Part shown: in pieces, positions 37,672 through 50,555 of the stretch
Position numbering within the stretch: the first letter of the stretch is position 1
Layout of the letters: every line of letters starts with the position of its first letter
NCBI RefSeq assembly: GCF_964355755.1
Contig: NC_092672.1
Coordinates: forward strand, 16,244,001-16,308,000
Source: Antedon mediterranea
Taxonomy: Eukaryota > Animalia > Echinodermata
DNA length: 64,000 bases
Reading direction: 5' to 3'
Notes under the pieces: generated by a model
Databases searched by the model: none
The model's input: the letters and a program-made list of their open reading frames with translations, nothing else
What the model was told of the DNA's origin: nothing
Made by a program: the position numbers and the translations under genes

Positions 37672-38508
37672 CAAAGAATATATATCACAAGAATGAGTAT
37701 TCCGCGATTTTTGCATGAGAAATTTGTAACAGAGAGCTCCAGTGAGTGATGCCCGCCCTCATAAGGGCAGATGTATACATACTAAATAAGACTTGATTTA
37801 ATAGATATTATACATGTCACATTAAATAGAATTATGATAATATATTTTGCAATTGTAAACTATTTTATAATACATATTTATTAACAAACTAGTGTACATT
37901 TACTTTTACAGACAATTATTTACTAACATGCTAAGTTAGTTCACAAAAAAGGCCTAACACAGCAACACCAAAAATCAACGAATTGTTACTCAGCACGGCC
38001 TATTCTTTACCATTGCCGTGTACTACTCTACGCCCGGTAAATTAAGTATTGTTTTTATGATATAAATTAGTATAAAATACATGTTATTAATAGGACAAAA
38101 TGTTAAATGTCATTAACATTTATTTGTTTTACCAGAAACAAGTTAAATATAGGAATATTATTAAACTATCCTTCGTGAAAACGCGTAAACACCAACACGC
38201 CCGGTCACGCTATCGTAGCGCCCGGTTGATAAAGCAAACTGTTTATACGGCAGTTTTTACTAAATAAATTGCATAAAACGAACAATTAAATATCCAAATA
38301 GTATTTAACATGATGTTGGCATGTAGTTGATAACATTTTTTATCATGAAAATACTACCGGTGGTCTAGCCTTTGATTATTGAAACCGTCACAAAAAGTTG
38401 TATACATCCCAGATACATCCACACTTATGGCGGCGCCCTACCACATGGACAATATTACTGTTACAGGGAAAATCACGGATTACTCATTCTTGTGATATAT
38501 ATTCTTTG
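37672..38508. mobile_element. P-like MITE inserted in a Harbinger-like element starting at ~37536
   Basis: TIR CAAAGAATATATATCACAAGAATGAGTA and a 7-bp TSD ATAGTAC. Host AGCGTACGACGCTA repeats continue on both sides. Confidence 0.83.
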
Positions 38509-39259
38509 ATAGTACCGTTTCAGCGTACGACGCTACTGTAAGTCAATGTTGTATCCAATCAGAATGTTTCCTGTTATGACGCGAAACAAGGGTTGACCTA
38601 GGCTGACATCTTGTATCATCAATTCAATGTGTGAGAGATGGATTTCAACAACAAAAAGGCCAGAATAAATAAGGCCTAACTAGGCTACAAATACAATTGT
38701 TAAAAAAAACTAGGCTAAAAACTACATGTATCAACTGATTACCATTGTATTTTCTAACAAATGACATAAATAAATGCACCTTGTATTTAAACCTATAGTG
38801 TCTATGATCTCGTCCCCTTTTAGGCCTAGCTAAGAGCCATTCACGCATTTCATTCAAGCTAAAAACTAGCGTGGAACATCAAGTTACTCATTCATATATA
38901 TACACACAAGGCAGTAGACTGGACAAGTTTAATGCTGAAACCCCCCTAACTCTTAAAAAAATCAGTAAACAAACAAGAGGAAAGCTGTCTCTTTTTTATA
39001 AGCAAGTTAAGGGTTATTTTCAACCGACTGGACTGGACTAATCACAATCAATTTTTTCCACCATGTGGTTAACACAATCTCCATCTTCAATAGGCCTGCT
39101 TTATTTTTGTAACAACACAAGGCCTGGGGAAAATGTTTTTTTACTACAAAATAAAAACAATAGAAACAGAAATTTTGCTTTACTATATTTTTGTCAAATA
39201 AATGCTGAGGTATGTTTTATTTATGGAAAGTTTTGTCATTTTGCTTGGTGATCAGCTTT

Positions 39260-39600
39260 GAGCTTTGAGTTTCTCGATGCTTCTGATTCTTTACATATTG
39301 TGCTGCACGTAATTGATTGTCCAATAGTCCACAAACAATTCTGTCTCTTATAAAGGGATTCTCCTCAATTTCGCCAAACTCACATGTCTTGCTCTTGTTC
39401 TCTAAGTCAGTCACATATTGGTCTATCTTCTCACCTCACCTGGTAACTGGTTTTGTTCAATTGTGCCACCATGTAATATCTTCAGACACAAGAGAGGTTT
39501 CTTATAACACAATACCTTTATTCATGTATACCTAGACATCAATGTTTTACAATCTTTGTCATGAGGTCTTCTATACTGAAGCCATGTTTTTTAATGTACT
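39260..39600 (-). mobile_element. Gypsy LTR retrotransposon remnant (LTR end, PBS, gag fragment)
   Basis: Minus strand reads ...ATTACA|TGGTGGCA (LTR end and PBS), then GEKIDQYVTDLENKSKTCEFG...IRDRIVCGL, typical of Gypsy gag. Confidence 0.7.
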
Positions 39601-41008
39601 GCCTTATTGGAGGTATTAATAATTATATTCAGAGCGTCATTCTGACGATGGAGCATTCTCTACTTCACTACGGAGCGCCATTTATGCCTTTATTTCCTTC
39701 AGAAATAGAAATAGTACTACGGTAACTGGTCCAGTGGATTAAATTGGGCACCGGTGGAGCACAGTGATATAGAATAGAAATAAGTCACTAATTTAAATAT
39801 ATTTTTTCGTATGTTAATACACTGTGCTCAAGAAGTGGACCCAATTTAGCACAATGGGAGCACAGTGATGTAAAATAGAAATGAAGTCAATACATTTTAA
39901 TACAGTATCTCATTCGTATCTATTACACAGAGGTCAATGGACCCAATTTGGCACGAGCGGAGCACAGGAATATAAAATAGAAATAATACACTGTGCTCAA
40001 GTGGACCCAGTGGATCACAGCGATATAACAGAAATAAAGTCACTAAATGTTAATATCTTTTCGTATGTTAATAAACTTTGGCAACAGTGGAGCACAATGA
40101 TATAAAATAGAAAAAAGTTACTGAACTTTAATACCTTTTTGTATGTTCTATACACTGTGCTCAAGTAGACCCAATTTTGTGCCAGTGGAGCACAGATAAC
40201 ATGTAAATAAAGTCACTACAGTAAGTTTGTATAGTTCATTCGTATGCTAATACACAGTGCTCAAGTGGACCCAATTTGGTGCTAGTGGAGCACAGTGATA
40301 TAAAATAAAGATAAGTCACTGCATTTTAATATTTTTTTTATGTTAATACACTGTGCTCAAGTGAACTCAATTTGTCACCAGGTGGTATATAGAAATAATA
40401 AAGTCACTAAATTTTAGTAAATTTAAGTAACAAAAATGTCCTTTGTGTTCCCTTTAAATGGTTACATCAGTAGTTTAGGTTTATCTTATAATAGTTTAGT
40501 CCAGGCCCATTCTCGTATCAATATTTTTAATTCCAATCTTTATCTGTTTCGTCGTAATTTATGTGTTTCTGAGTTTTGTTTCTACTGTTGTTTCTGGTTT
40601 AAAAAAAAAAATACATCTTTTCGTATGTTAATACACTTTGCTCAAGTGGACCCAATTTGGCACTAGTGGAGCACAGTGATATAAAACAGAAATAAGTCAC
40701 TGAATTTTCATATCTTTTCGTATGTTAATACACTGCTCAAGTGGACTCAATTTGGCGCCAGTGGAGCACAGTGATAAAATACAAACTAGAATTTAATTTG
40801 TCACTTTGACGAATTATAGGTGATCATTTTTATCATTCTATTGACATTAATTAATTAATTAATTATTGATATTAATTAATTACTGAAATTAATTTTTTTA
40901 AACATGCACGTACGTTAACATATGATCGGAAAATGATGATGTATGCCATCCTATTATGCTATAGTGTTGACTTGTGCCTATTATATGCCATATACAATAT
41001 GTACAGTA

Positions 41009-43980
41009 CCGTATATTTCGGTGTAAATAAGTCGCACTTTTGACACGCAAATTTGACCTCTAAATTAAGGGTGCGTCTTATACACCGGGTGCAGGTCAAG
41101 TCGGCCCCAAACCGTCTCGGCCAAAGTCAAGTCGGCCCCACGTCAAGTCGGCCCCAAGTCAACTCGGCCCCAAGTCAACTCGGCCCCAAGTCAACTCGGC
41201 CCCAAGTCAACTCGGCCTCAAGTCAACTCGGCCAAACGTCAACTCGGCCAAAAACTAATCGGTCAACTCGGCCACAATAAAGTATGGAACGCAAAAAGTG
41301 CTTAATATTATTATGATTCTTACTATCCACGCTTTAAAAAAAATGAAGAAATAAAAAATATAATATAATTAAATAATATCATATAAAAAAATGAACTCAT
41401 TGCCGATATGAATAGAAGTACCAGCATTTTAGTAAATCGAAGACGGAGGCCTACGTTCCACCATTTGGCCATAGAAAAAATGATTGTACATCGTTTTTGT
41501 CAATGATTTTCGTTTTTAAAAAAGGGGAATCCCTCTGTCAGCGAAAACACGTAGCAGTTGTAGATATCGAAAAAGCTGCCAAACGCGCAGGGAGGCTCAG
41601 CTACGAATTGTTTTCAATGCAATTTGAAATTTTATTAAACGTAAATAAAGGAAAGTTGGTGAAATCATTCCTATTTTTTTTGCTAAATATATTATCTATA
41701 TATAAATTATGGTTAATTCTGACATAGGCGAGCACAATGCAAAAACTTCGGTACAAATCTCCGCCTTGGATACCTACCTTATCTATCTCAGATGCACCGC
41801 GAAACGTAGATTTGATAACATTAGTTTTCACATCGACGCTATTGTTCCATATTTCTATCTTAGGAAGATATTATAAAGAGTTTTTTAACACAATTTATGA
41901 TTTCAACAGTAGATTTTCTACTCAATTTCAATTCTTCGCGGGTCAAAGTAATTTCCGGGTTCACCTTGCAACAACCTGGTTTCAACTATTTTCTCTCTTT
42001 TATACACAAGGGAGCAGTTAAAATAATAGATTTGACCCTAAAAGTGACTGGAAACAGGCACTTTCCATCAATCAATACAGTGTCCCTTTGGAAGAAGGAA
42101 GAAAAAAACCGATAGTAGGACTGGAGCTATAGTCGCATAGCCATTTCAGTTTTTTGTTTATTTTAGGAACGGACCGCGCGTGTGTGAAGGTACAGTAGTT
42201 AAAAAATAAAAATAATACTGCAAATTAATAAAGATCAAATTAAATATACGCCATAAAGAATCGGAATATATTGTGGGAAATAGTATTATAAAATTACATG
42301 GGGAGATTTGATGATAAGACATTTTGTTCAAAATCGAGTGAAATCCCGATAGTTGATTGAGTAAGTTGGCAGGAATAACTGTAGACTACCTGTGTCCCGT
42401 TAGGACCGAGATGTCTGCCCATGTTGCAAGCCGTAATGTCTTCTTTCTTGGGCCCACTCTGTCACGGCAGTTAGTTTAAAAAAATGTTTAAATTAAATAA
42501 TGTATTAATAATTATTAGGATGGTATTTATTTGAATAAACGCCTCTCCAATAAAACATCACTTTGAATAATAATCATTATACTATTTGTAGTAGAATTCA
42601 TCGCACTGTTATCTACAATTTACCAAGCATTTGTTATTCTTTTTTACCACTGACTTTTCATATCTATTAGAGGATTTCATTTGATTATAAATGTTAACCA
42701 TATTATTAAAACTAAAAAAATTAACATATATCCCTCGAATAAGCACCTCCCTCCAATGAACTCCGCCTCCCAAAAGGGCCCTACCAAAAAATAAACACTA
42801 TACTTTAAAATTAATCATCTAAAACACTGTGAAAGAGAACGTAGTTTTACGAATGTCAAGCATTTTCAATAATGGTAACCGACAGAAAACGTACAAGGAG
42901 AACATTTTCATCATTCCGAGAACCATCGTCTACACTTCCTAGAGGGGCAGTGAGCGAAGCGAGCTCACCCTCTAGTTGTCTAAATATTAATATTCATTAA
43001 AAGTCAAAATTATTCATAGTTAAAAAATTGTGAAGAAATATTATTTTATCAATCCCCTTCATTTGCACTTTTTGCGTTCCATACTTTAACGGGGCCGAGT
43101 TGACCGATTATTTTTTGGCCGAGTTGACGTGAGGCCGAGTTGACTTGAGGTCGAGTTGTCTTGGGGCCGACTTGACTTGGGGCCGACTTGACTTTGGCCG
43201 AGACGGTTTAGGGCTGACTTGAATCGAAATCTATACACCGAACATAAATGCCTCACCACACAGAGTGTACATATCGTCACCTCGTTGGCTAGGCCTGAGT
43301 AGGCTAGGCCTAGCTACAGTGTACTAATGTAACGGCAACCTGCTTCTGCCTAGTTTTCAAGGCATTTTAGCGTGATGTTATACTAAATATGATGAAAAGA
43401 TTTGTTTATTATGGAGCTGTTTTAGGCGCTCCGATAAAATTTCATTTTCATTCATAAACGTTTACGATTGGAATAGTATTTATTTATAGTTATACGCACG
43501 ACCGCCGTACCCCAGCGCAAGCCCTTGGCGGCCACATGTTGTACGGTATTCGACTAGTATATTCTCCAGGTGATTATAGTATGGACCTAGCGTACACACT
43601 TCTCGGATACATAGATACTAATCGAATACGATTGTCCGTGAAAACGTTCGCCCTCTCGAAATGATCGAGCGAGGCTAGCCCACACACGGTCATGCACTCG
43701 ATGTTGTGGGTGCGAAACTCATGAATAACAAGTTAGAAACAACTTGTTGAGGCTGGGCACGGCCGAACCTAGGTAAGAAAAAACCTAAATAAAGGACGGC
43801 GTTGTAGATATAACAAAATATATTATTACAATAATATTCATTACAATTTAAAAAAAACATTGTTTTGATGAAATATTAGGTGCGTCTTATACATCGACGA
43901 TATAAAAAATACCGATATTTTACTCTCAGTTAGGGGGTGCGTCTTTTACGCAGGTGCGACTTATACACCGAAAAATACGG
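41009..43980 (+). mobile_element. MITE family B interrupted by a MULE insertion
   Basis: Same TIRs and TA TSD as 14609-15461, and collinear with it once 41088-43240 is removed. Confidence 0.88.
41088..43231. mobile_element. Non-autonomous foldback/MULE element
   Basis: Inverted arms of 16-bp AAGTCAACTCGGCCCC units and a 9-bp TSD TATACACCG (41079-41087, 43232-43240). The empty site is seen at ~14677-14690. Confidence 0.9.
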
Positions 43981-44958
43981 TATATACTGTATATCTATCT
44001 ATATACAGTGTAGCATAGGTGAAATTACGGGACACACACCATGTTCTAATTTTTTGATATGATGAAATTATCAAAATAAACTCGAAGTTGACAATTTCGA
44101 AAGATAATGAATTGAGCAAATAAATATAAGAATTGGAATAGAATTTGGCACGTAGAAGCGCAATGCGCGCTCTTTGAAATTTGTACAACTTTGTCTAAAG
44201 AAATTTAAAAACTACTTTTTAACTTCAACTGGCCATATGATAACATCGCAACATCCGATAAGCTTATTTTTTGTATGAATTCATATCTACATTTCATCAG
44301 CTTTCATAATAAGTTATAATCTTCAAGGTCACATTTAATTCTGAAGAGCTGTAAGATATTCAAATGTATGGTGTATGTGAAATTACACGACCTACGTTAT
44401 TCAAGTTTTTACGCATGATGACGTCATCAAAATGAAAACGCTGACCACTCATGGAAAGATAAATAATTAAGCAAGCACATGCTGAAATTTGTGCAAAATT
44501 CGAGCACAAATAACCGAGATTCGCTCTGTTGAATGTAATAATCTACACAAAAAGATAACAAATCCTTTTTTTTTAAATTCAAGTGGCCATTTGATGACGT
44601 CACAACATTTTGGACGTCAAATGTGTACATGAATTCATATCTACAACTCAATGGCTTGCTGAATAAGTTAAAAAAATTGGGGGTCATCTTGCATTCTGAA
44701 GAGTTATTTTCATTTAAAAAAAGACCTATTTTTCACCATTTTCAGAACTTTTGTGAAATTAATGTGCGCATTTTGTCATTTTTAACTTGCTTGTATAGCG
44801 TTATTTTAAGTCGGAATGGACTTAAAATCGGTGAATGGACTAAGGATTGTGAGTAGAATGTGATTTACACATCAAATTGTATTTTTTACGCATTTTAAGA
44901 ATCGCACGCGCAAAAACGCATTTTTGCGCAGTAGTTTTTTGAAACACGCAATGGCTTA

Positions 44959-45595
44959 CCGTATATTTTGGTGTATAAGTCGCACCTGTGTATAAGACGC
45001 ACCCCCTAACTGAGACTAAAATATCGGTATTTTTTATATCGTCGATGTATAAGATGCACCTTATATTTCATCAAAACAATTTTTTTTAAAATTGTAATCA
45101 ATATTATTGTAATAATATATTTTGTTATATCTACAACGGCGTCCTTTATTTAGGTTTTTTCTTACCTAGGCTCGCCCGCGCCCAGGCTCAACAAGTTCTT
45201 TCTAACTTTTTATTCATGAGTTTCGCACCCGCAACATCGAGTGCATGACCGTGTGTGTAATCGTATTCGATTAGTATCTATGTATCCGAGAAGTGTGTAC
45301 GCTAGGTCCATGCTATAATCACCTGGAGAATATACTAGTCGAATACCGTACACCATGTGGCCGCCAAGAAGGGCTTGCGCTGGGGGTACGGCGATCGTGC
45401 GTATAACTATAAATAAATACTAGCCTAGGCTATTCCAATCGTAAACGCTTACAAATGAAATTTTATCGGAGCGCCTACAACAGCTCCATAATGAACAAAT
45501 TTTTTCATCATATTTAGTATAACATCATGCTAAAATGCCTTGAAAACTAGGCAGAAAAGGTTGCCGTTACGTTAGTATACTGTAGCTAGGCCTAG
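44959..45595 (-). mobile_element. Truncated inverted copy of MITE family B
   Basis: Starts TA|CCGTATATTTTGGTGTATAAGTCGCACC; reverse complement of ~14755-15461. Confidence 0.85.
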
Positions 45596-46542
45596 TGTTC
45601 ACGTTGGCATTATGACCTGAACAGAAGAATATGATATGTTGTTATTGCTGAATTCTATTATTTTGATTCATATATAGTATACACAGTATAAACTGTATCC
45701 ATATCACATACAGTGTAGAATAGGTGAAATTACGGGACCCGCTATTCATTGCAATTTTTAACATGTTGACGGTTTTAAAATGAAAGTGAAAGTGAAGGTA
45801 GCAATTTCGGAAGGAAATTATCTCAGCAACAACATATTAACGTGTAGAAGAAATTTGAATACGTGAAATATTGATACTCGCTCTTTTAAATGTAATGAAT
45901 TATGACGCAAAAGATGACAATACGACTTTTTTTATTTAACTGGCCATATGTTGACGTCACAACATCCGATTGGAAACATTTTCACCATTTATTTAAAAAG
46001 GGGTGTTTTTCAGTTTTTATTAATTGTTAAAAACAACTAAACTTTACTTCACCATAACGCCCAAAGTGGTGTATTTTTTAAGCTGATTTATTACAAATAG
46101 GTAGTTCTAATGTTTAATAAGTTAAAATTAAATAGTAATTTAAAAATCTACAAGCAGTGTTGCCAGAAACATAGGCATTTTTATAAAAAAAAAACATGGT
46201 AAATTATTAAAAACATTTTATTTTCTTTGATTATGTGATTTTAAACCCATTGGTCAGAACAATTCTTAATGTTTTATATAATTCTAGTTGTGTTGTGACA
46301 AAAAAAACCACAATTTAATTATAGATTATGTATTTCCCAGTTTTAATGTAATTTTATAGGTTATATCCTCTGAAAATTAAATAATATAAATTATCAGATC
46401 GTTGTGAATTTTAATATTTGCAACAGATTACTCCTCTCCTCCTTTTGAAGCTCCTCTTTCATTTTTTTACTTCTTCTATTTGCTAACATAGGCAGATCCC
46501 ACATGCCCATCCACCATCACTTCCGACTCAAATGCTCAATTA

Positions 46543-46735
46543 CAGTGGCCACCTCCCGTAAGCGGTCACCTCCCTTAACAGACGCACTTTCAAAAGCATG
46601 TTTGTTCTTCCTATCTAATTAGTGCATTTGGTACCTCCCGTAAACGGCCACCTCTCGTAAGCGGCTGCAGCCACTTTTTTTACTAAAAATTAATTTTTTG
46701 TATGGTAAATTATCTCCCGTAAGCGGCCACCCGAA
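46543..46735 (+). mobile_element. Tigger-like left terminus
   Basis: TA|CAGTGGCCACCTCCCGTAAGCGG with repeated CCTCCCGTAAGCGGCCAC motifs. No right TIR found. Confidence 0.55.
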
Positions 46736-46752
46736 AAATGTGATACTTATTG

Positions 46753-46779
46753 CATGGACCTATGAATTAGAGGTCCATG
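46753..46779. mobile_element. 27-bp remnant of a P-like element
   Basis: CATGGACCT...AGGTCCATG flanked by CTTATTG/ATTATTG (7-bp TSD, 1 mismatch). Confidence 0.6.
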
Positions 46780-48587
46780 ATTATTGTAGTTTTTGATATA
46801 TTAGCTTTATTTCAAAGCGGTGTAATATAAAAAATAGCATTGAGACAAGTGTACATTTAATTCATTTATTTTCATTCAGCAAGAAATTAAATAAATATAA
46901 AATTATATAGGCCCTACTCTTTCAAATTGACTAAAACATTTATTAATATTATTTATTATATAATTAAAATGTTTATAAATCTGAACAATACTCCTTGGTC
47001 CACATTTTAAGATTCTTCTATGTTTAAATAGAATTATTATAATGCAACATAAATCTACAATGCTGTAAAATCAGTTTTTAATTCCTTGCATTTCTTGCCA
47101 CAACAAGTCAATATTCCATCTGCAAAGATAAAAGATAGTAAGTATATACAGTAATATATATAAAGGTAATTGGTATAGCCCCTAAAACTCGACTGGTACC
47201 ATACATAGGTAGCTACTTAATCCAGTCAATCTAGTGATATTTAGAGGTAAACCCACCACAAATTGCAATAGTAACGAAACATTGATTTTTTCATTCCAAA
47301 TGTACTTTAGAATGACATATTAAAAGTCACCGAAAATTGAAGCATTGGAACACATTATTTTTTACGTAATCTCAACAACTATATAGCGATTTTATTCCGT
47401 AAATATTTTTGGTGTAGGGGGTAACATTTATGCCCATAACTTGTGGTTTTATAATCCAATCTCAATAATCTTGATATCGATGTGTAGAATATATATTTCT
47501 TTCTAATATGCAATTTAAAAAAACAAAATACAACACCTATTTATATTATATAACTAGAGGTCAAATGGTTATTGACCTTTTACAAAAACTCATTTTTTTC
47601 TATTAAAAAATGATTAACTGTAATATCATATGCCATAATTGTGGATGCATTTAATAAAAATTGTGTTTTTTCTGTACCTATCGATATATAAAATAAGAAA
47701 CATGATGTTAACTAGAAGAATTTTAAAAGTAATGATGTACTATTCTTATTGAAATTGATTCTTGATCAAATGTAATGTAAACAATTTTGTGGTAGGGGGT
47801 AGCGTTTATGCCTATAATCCATTGTTTTATAATCATATCTAAATAGCTTTAGTACCAATGTGTATAGTATATATATTCTACTAATATACATTAAAAAAAC
47901 AATTAATACAACAGTTATACGTAACTAGAGGTCAAAAGGTCATTGACCTTTTACAAAAACTCAAATTTTTCCTAACAAAATTATTAACTGCAATGTCTTA
48001 TTCCATAATTGCTGATGCATTTGATGAAACTTGTGTTTAGAGATAACATTTATGCTTGCCAATAACATCTAAATAACTACAAATGTGTATAATATGTATT
48101 TCTTACTTTAAAAACTAATTGATACAGCAGTTGTTGTGTAACTATAGAGGTCAGTGACCTTTTAGTTTTACGAAAACTCAAATTTTCTTAAAATAGTGTA
48201 AAACTAAATTATGTATTTAGTGCAAATAATGTTTTTCCTGTACCTATTGTATCGTCATGAAATAGGGAAAAATGATGCTAGCTAGAAGAACATTGAAATT
48301 CATTAGCGGTATGTACAGTACTATTGCTGATTAATTAATGAGTCTTGATAATTTGGAATCAACTCATGATTTAATATAGATAGATTTTTGATGATTTTAG
48401 TATCAACGAATGTACGTAATGACAAGTATTGGATCTCCCCAGGGTTGCGTCCTCTCTCCTCTCCTGTATTATATAGACGGATGATTGTCGCAGCAAACAG
48501 GACAGTAGTCATCTTGTCAAATTTGCTGACGACACTGTCTTGCTGTCTCTCCTTAAAAATTCACAGGACGGTCATGGTTCCGCGCAT

Positions 48588-49270
48588 TATGGAACTCAAT
48601 GTGACCAAAACCAAGGAGATGATTGTAGATTTTAGGAAGGAGAAAGGACGCAGCCCTCTGGTATCCCTCATAAATGACGAACCAGCAAAATTGTCCATTC
48701 CTTTAAATAACTAGGACAATCTCAGCTGGGAATTAAATACAGAGGCAATAGTAAAGAAAGGGCACCAGAGACTTTATCTCTTAAGGAAGCTGAACCATTT
48801 TAATGTGGATAAAGTAATTCTCAGGGTTTTTTATAATTCCTTTATTGAGAACATTTTAACTATTTTACTTTATATGCTGGTTTTTTAGTCTTAGGGTCAA
48901 AGAGAGAAACTCACTACAAAGAATTGTTAATTTAAGTTCTAAATTACTGTAATAGGTTGTTAACTTCGTAGCCTTCCTTCTGTGACATGCAAACTCTAGA
49001 AAAAAAGTAGAGCTATTCTAAAAAATGTTAACCATGCCTTGTTCAGTGATTTCGAGCTCATGCCTCATGGGCGTCGCTTTCGATGCCTGGCATGTAGAAC
49101 ACACCGTAAAAGAAATTCTTTTTTGCCAGTTGCCACCCGACTCTTAAATTCTTGAACTTTGACTCTTGTTATATTGTACTGTGTATTGTGATATTTTTGT
49201 ATATTTTGTAAGATCATTTTAATCCAGGCCTTTTTATTTGAATTGCCCCGTGTGGGATGACATTGTTTAA
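48588..49270 (+). mobile_element. Rex/Babar LINE 3' fragment inside Academ
   Basis: ELNVTKTKEMIVDFRK, LSWELNT..VKKGHQRLYLLRKL, FYNSFIENIL, GRRFR, NSFLPVATRLLN. Confidence 0.8.
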
Positions 49271-50555
49271 TCCTTCAAATAGAAAAGGACTCACAACTAT
49301 GTCATCAGTATCACTTTCTTGTTCGGGTATATCAGTACAGTGCAATGTCGTTGCATTCACCACATGTAGTTATAGTTACCCCTGAAGGCTTCAAGGAGAT
49401 ACTCGGGTGCTGGCTTTAAGTCTGTGTGTAGAGGAACCATGTTTCCATCATCTGATCTTCCATCCCCAATCCTCGGTACACATATCAACCCCACACTCCA
49501 TTGCTAAAAGATAACTTCAACTTGAACTTGAACATGATGTTATGTACCTTGGTTGTGGTACGATTATGAAGTTATATATGCGAGGTTGTACTTGTAGATG
49601 GGATGGAGTCAAAGGCATTCCACGTTGTTCAGGTCGTCCATTGTACAGACACACTAAATCATTTTCTCTAGCAACCACAATGTCATCTTTTATAGCTTGT
49701 TTGCATCTGAAGACTATACAGCATAATGTCAGAAATAAGTGCAATGACAAGCTTTTTTTAGAGCCACATGTTTTCCAATTCCGAAAACTCTGGATGTTTT
49801 GTCACCAGTATCGCATGAGCAAACAGAAGGTTATCACAGATGTCTCTCAAAAGTACTGTTTGAACCAGTTTGATAGTCCAGCATCTCAGTTCCAGTCTAA
49901 AGAATATCACAAGATGTTTTAAATGCTTGACTGCAGAGGAGCACTAGATAGATCTGTGTCATCGGATAATGACAGATGTTTTCCTGTTTGCTGATTCAAT
50001 GGTTTTTTGTACTATCCGAAATAACATCTGCATCAGCAGCTGCATTCACTCATTGCCATTTTGTTCAAATACTAATACGAAGATTTATAAATTGTTGTTT
50101 GTTACAGAAAGTGATCCTATTTTGTGGAACATGTCACTGGTAAAATGTACAGGGATACTACCACCTGATCCGCCTTACCATGTGCGCCGTCTTTGGTGGA
50201 TGAGCTGCTTTCATAATCATCAAAGACTATGATGGCAGAGCAATATTTTTTACAGATCGCATCATAAGTCTCTACACTATTCCATGGAATGCTGTGCAGT
50301 AGAGCACTACCATCTAGAATGTAGGCCTACTGGACATCATTCAGTGAGTTGGATGGCATCATGTTGGTTTATTAGCTGAAAGTATTGTAAGTTGGTTGTT
50401 TCAAAAAGTGCTGGTGGATAACAAAGTTCATGTTCAAAAACTTCCTTGTTGTCACCTCGAGTCTCCTCTGGAACTGTAGGATCGATGCACACATATTTGC
50501 CTGTATGTAATTTATTGCCAGGATCTTGAATACAGTGCAAGACTTTCTGGCCTAA

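Noticed and set aside
39730-40780. CRISPR-like array of palindromic repeats
   Set aside because: The linkers are homologous to each other rather than unique spacers, there are no cas genes, and the context is a eukaryotic intron.
46428-46480. Purine-rich minus-strand stretch resembling exon 5
   Set aside because: The similarity is only low-complexity composition.
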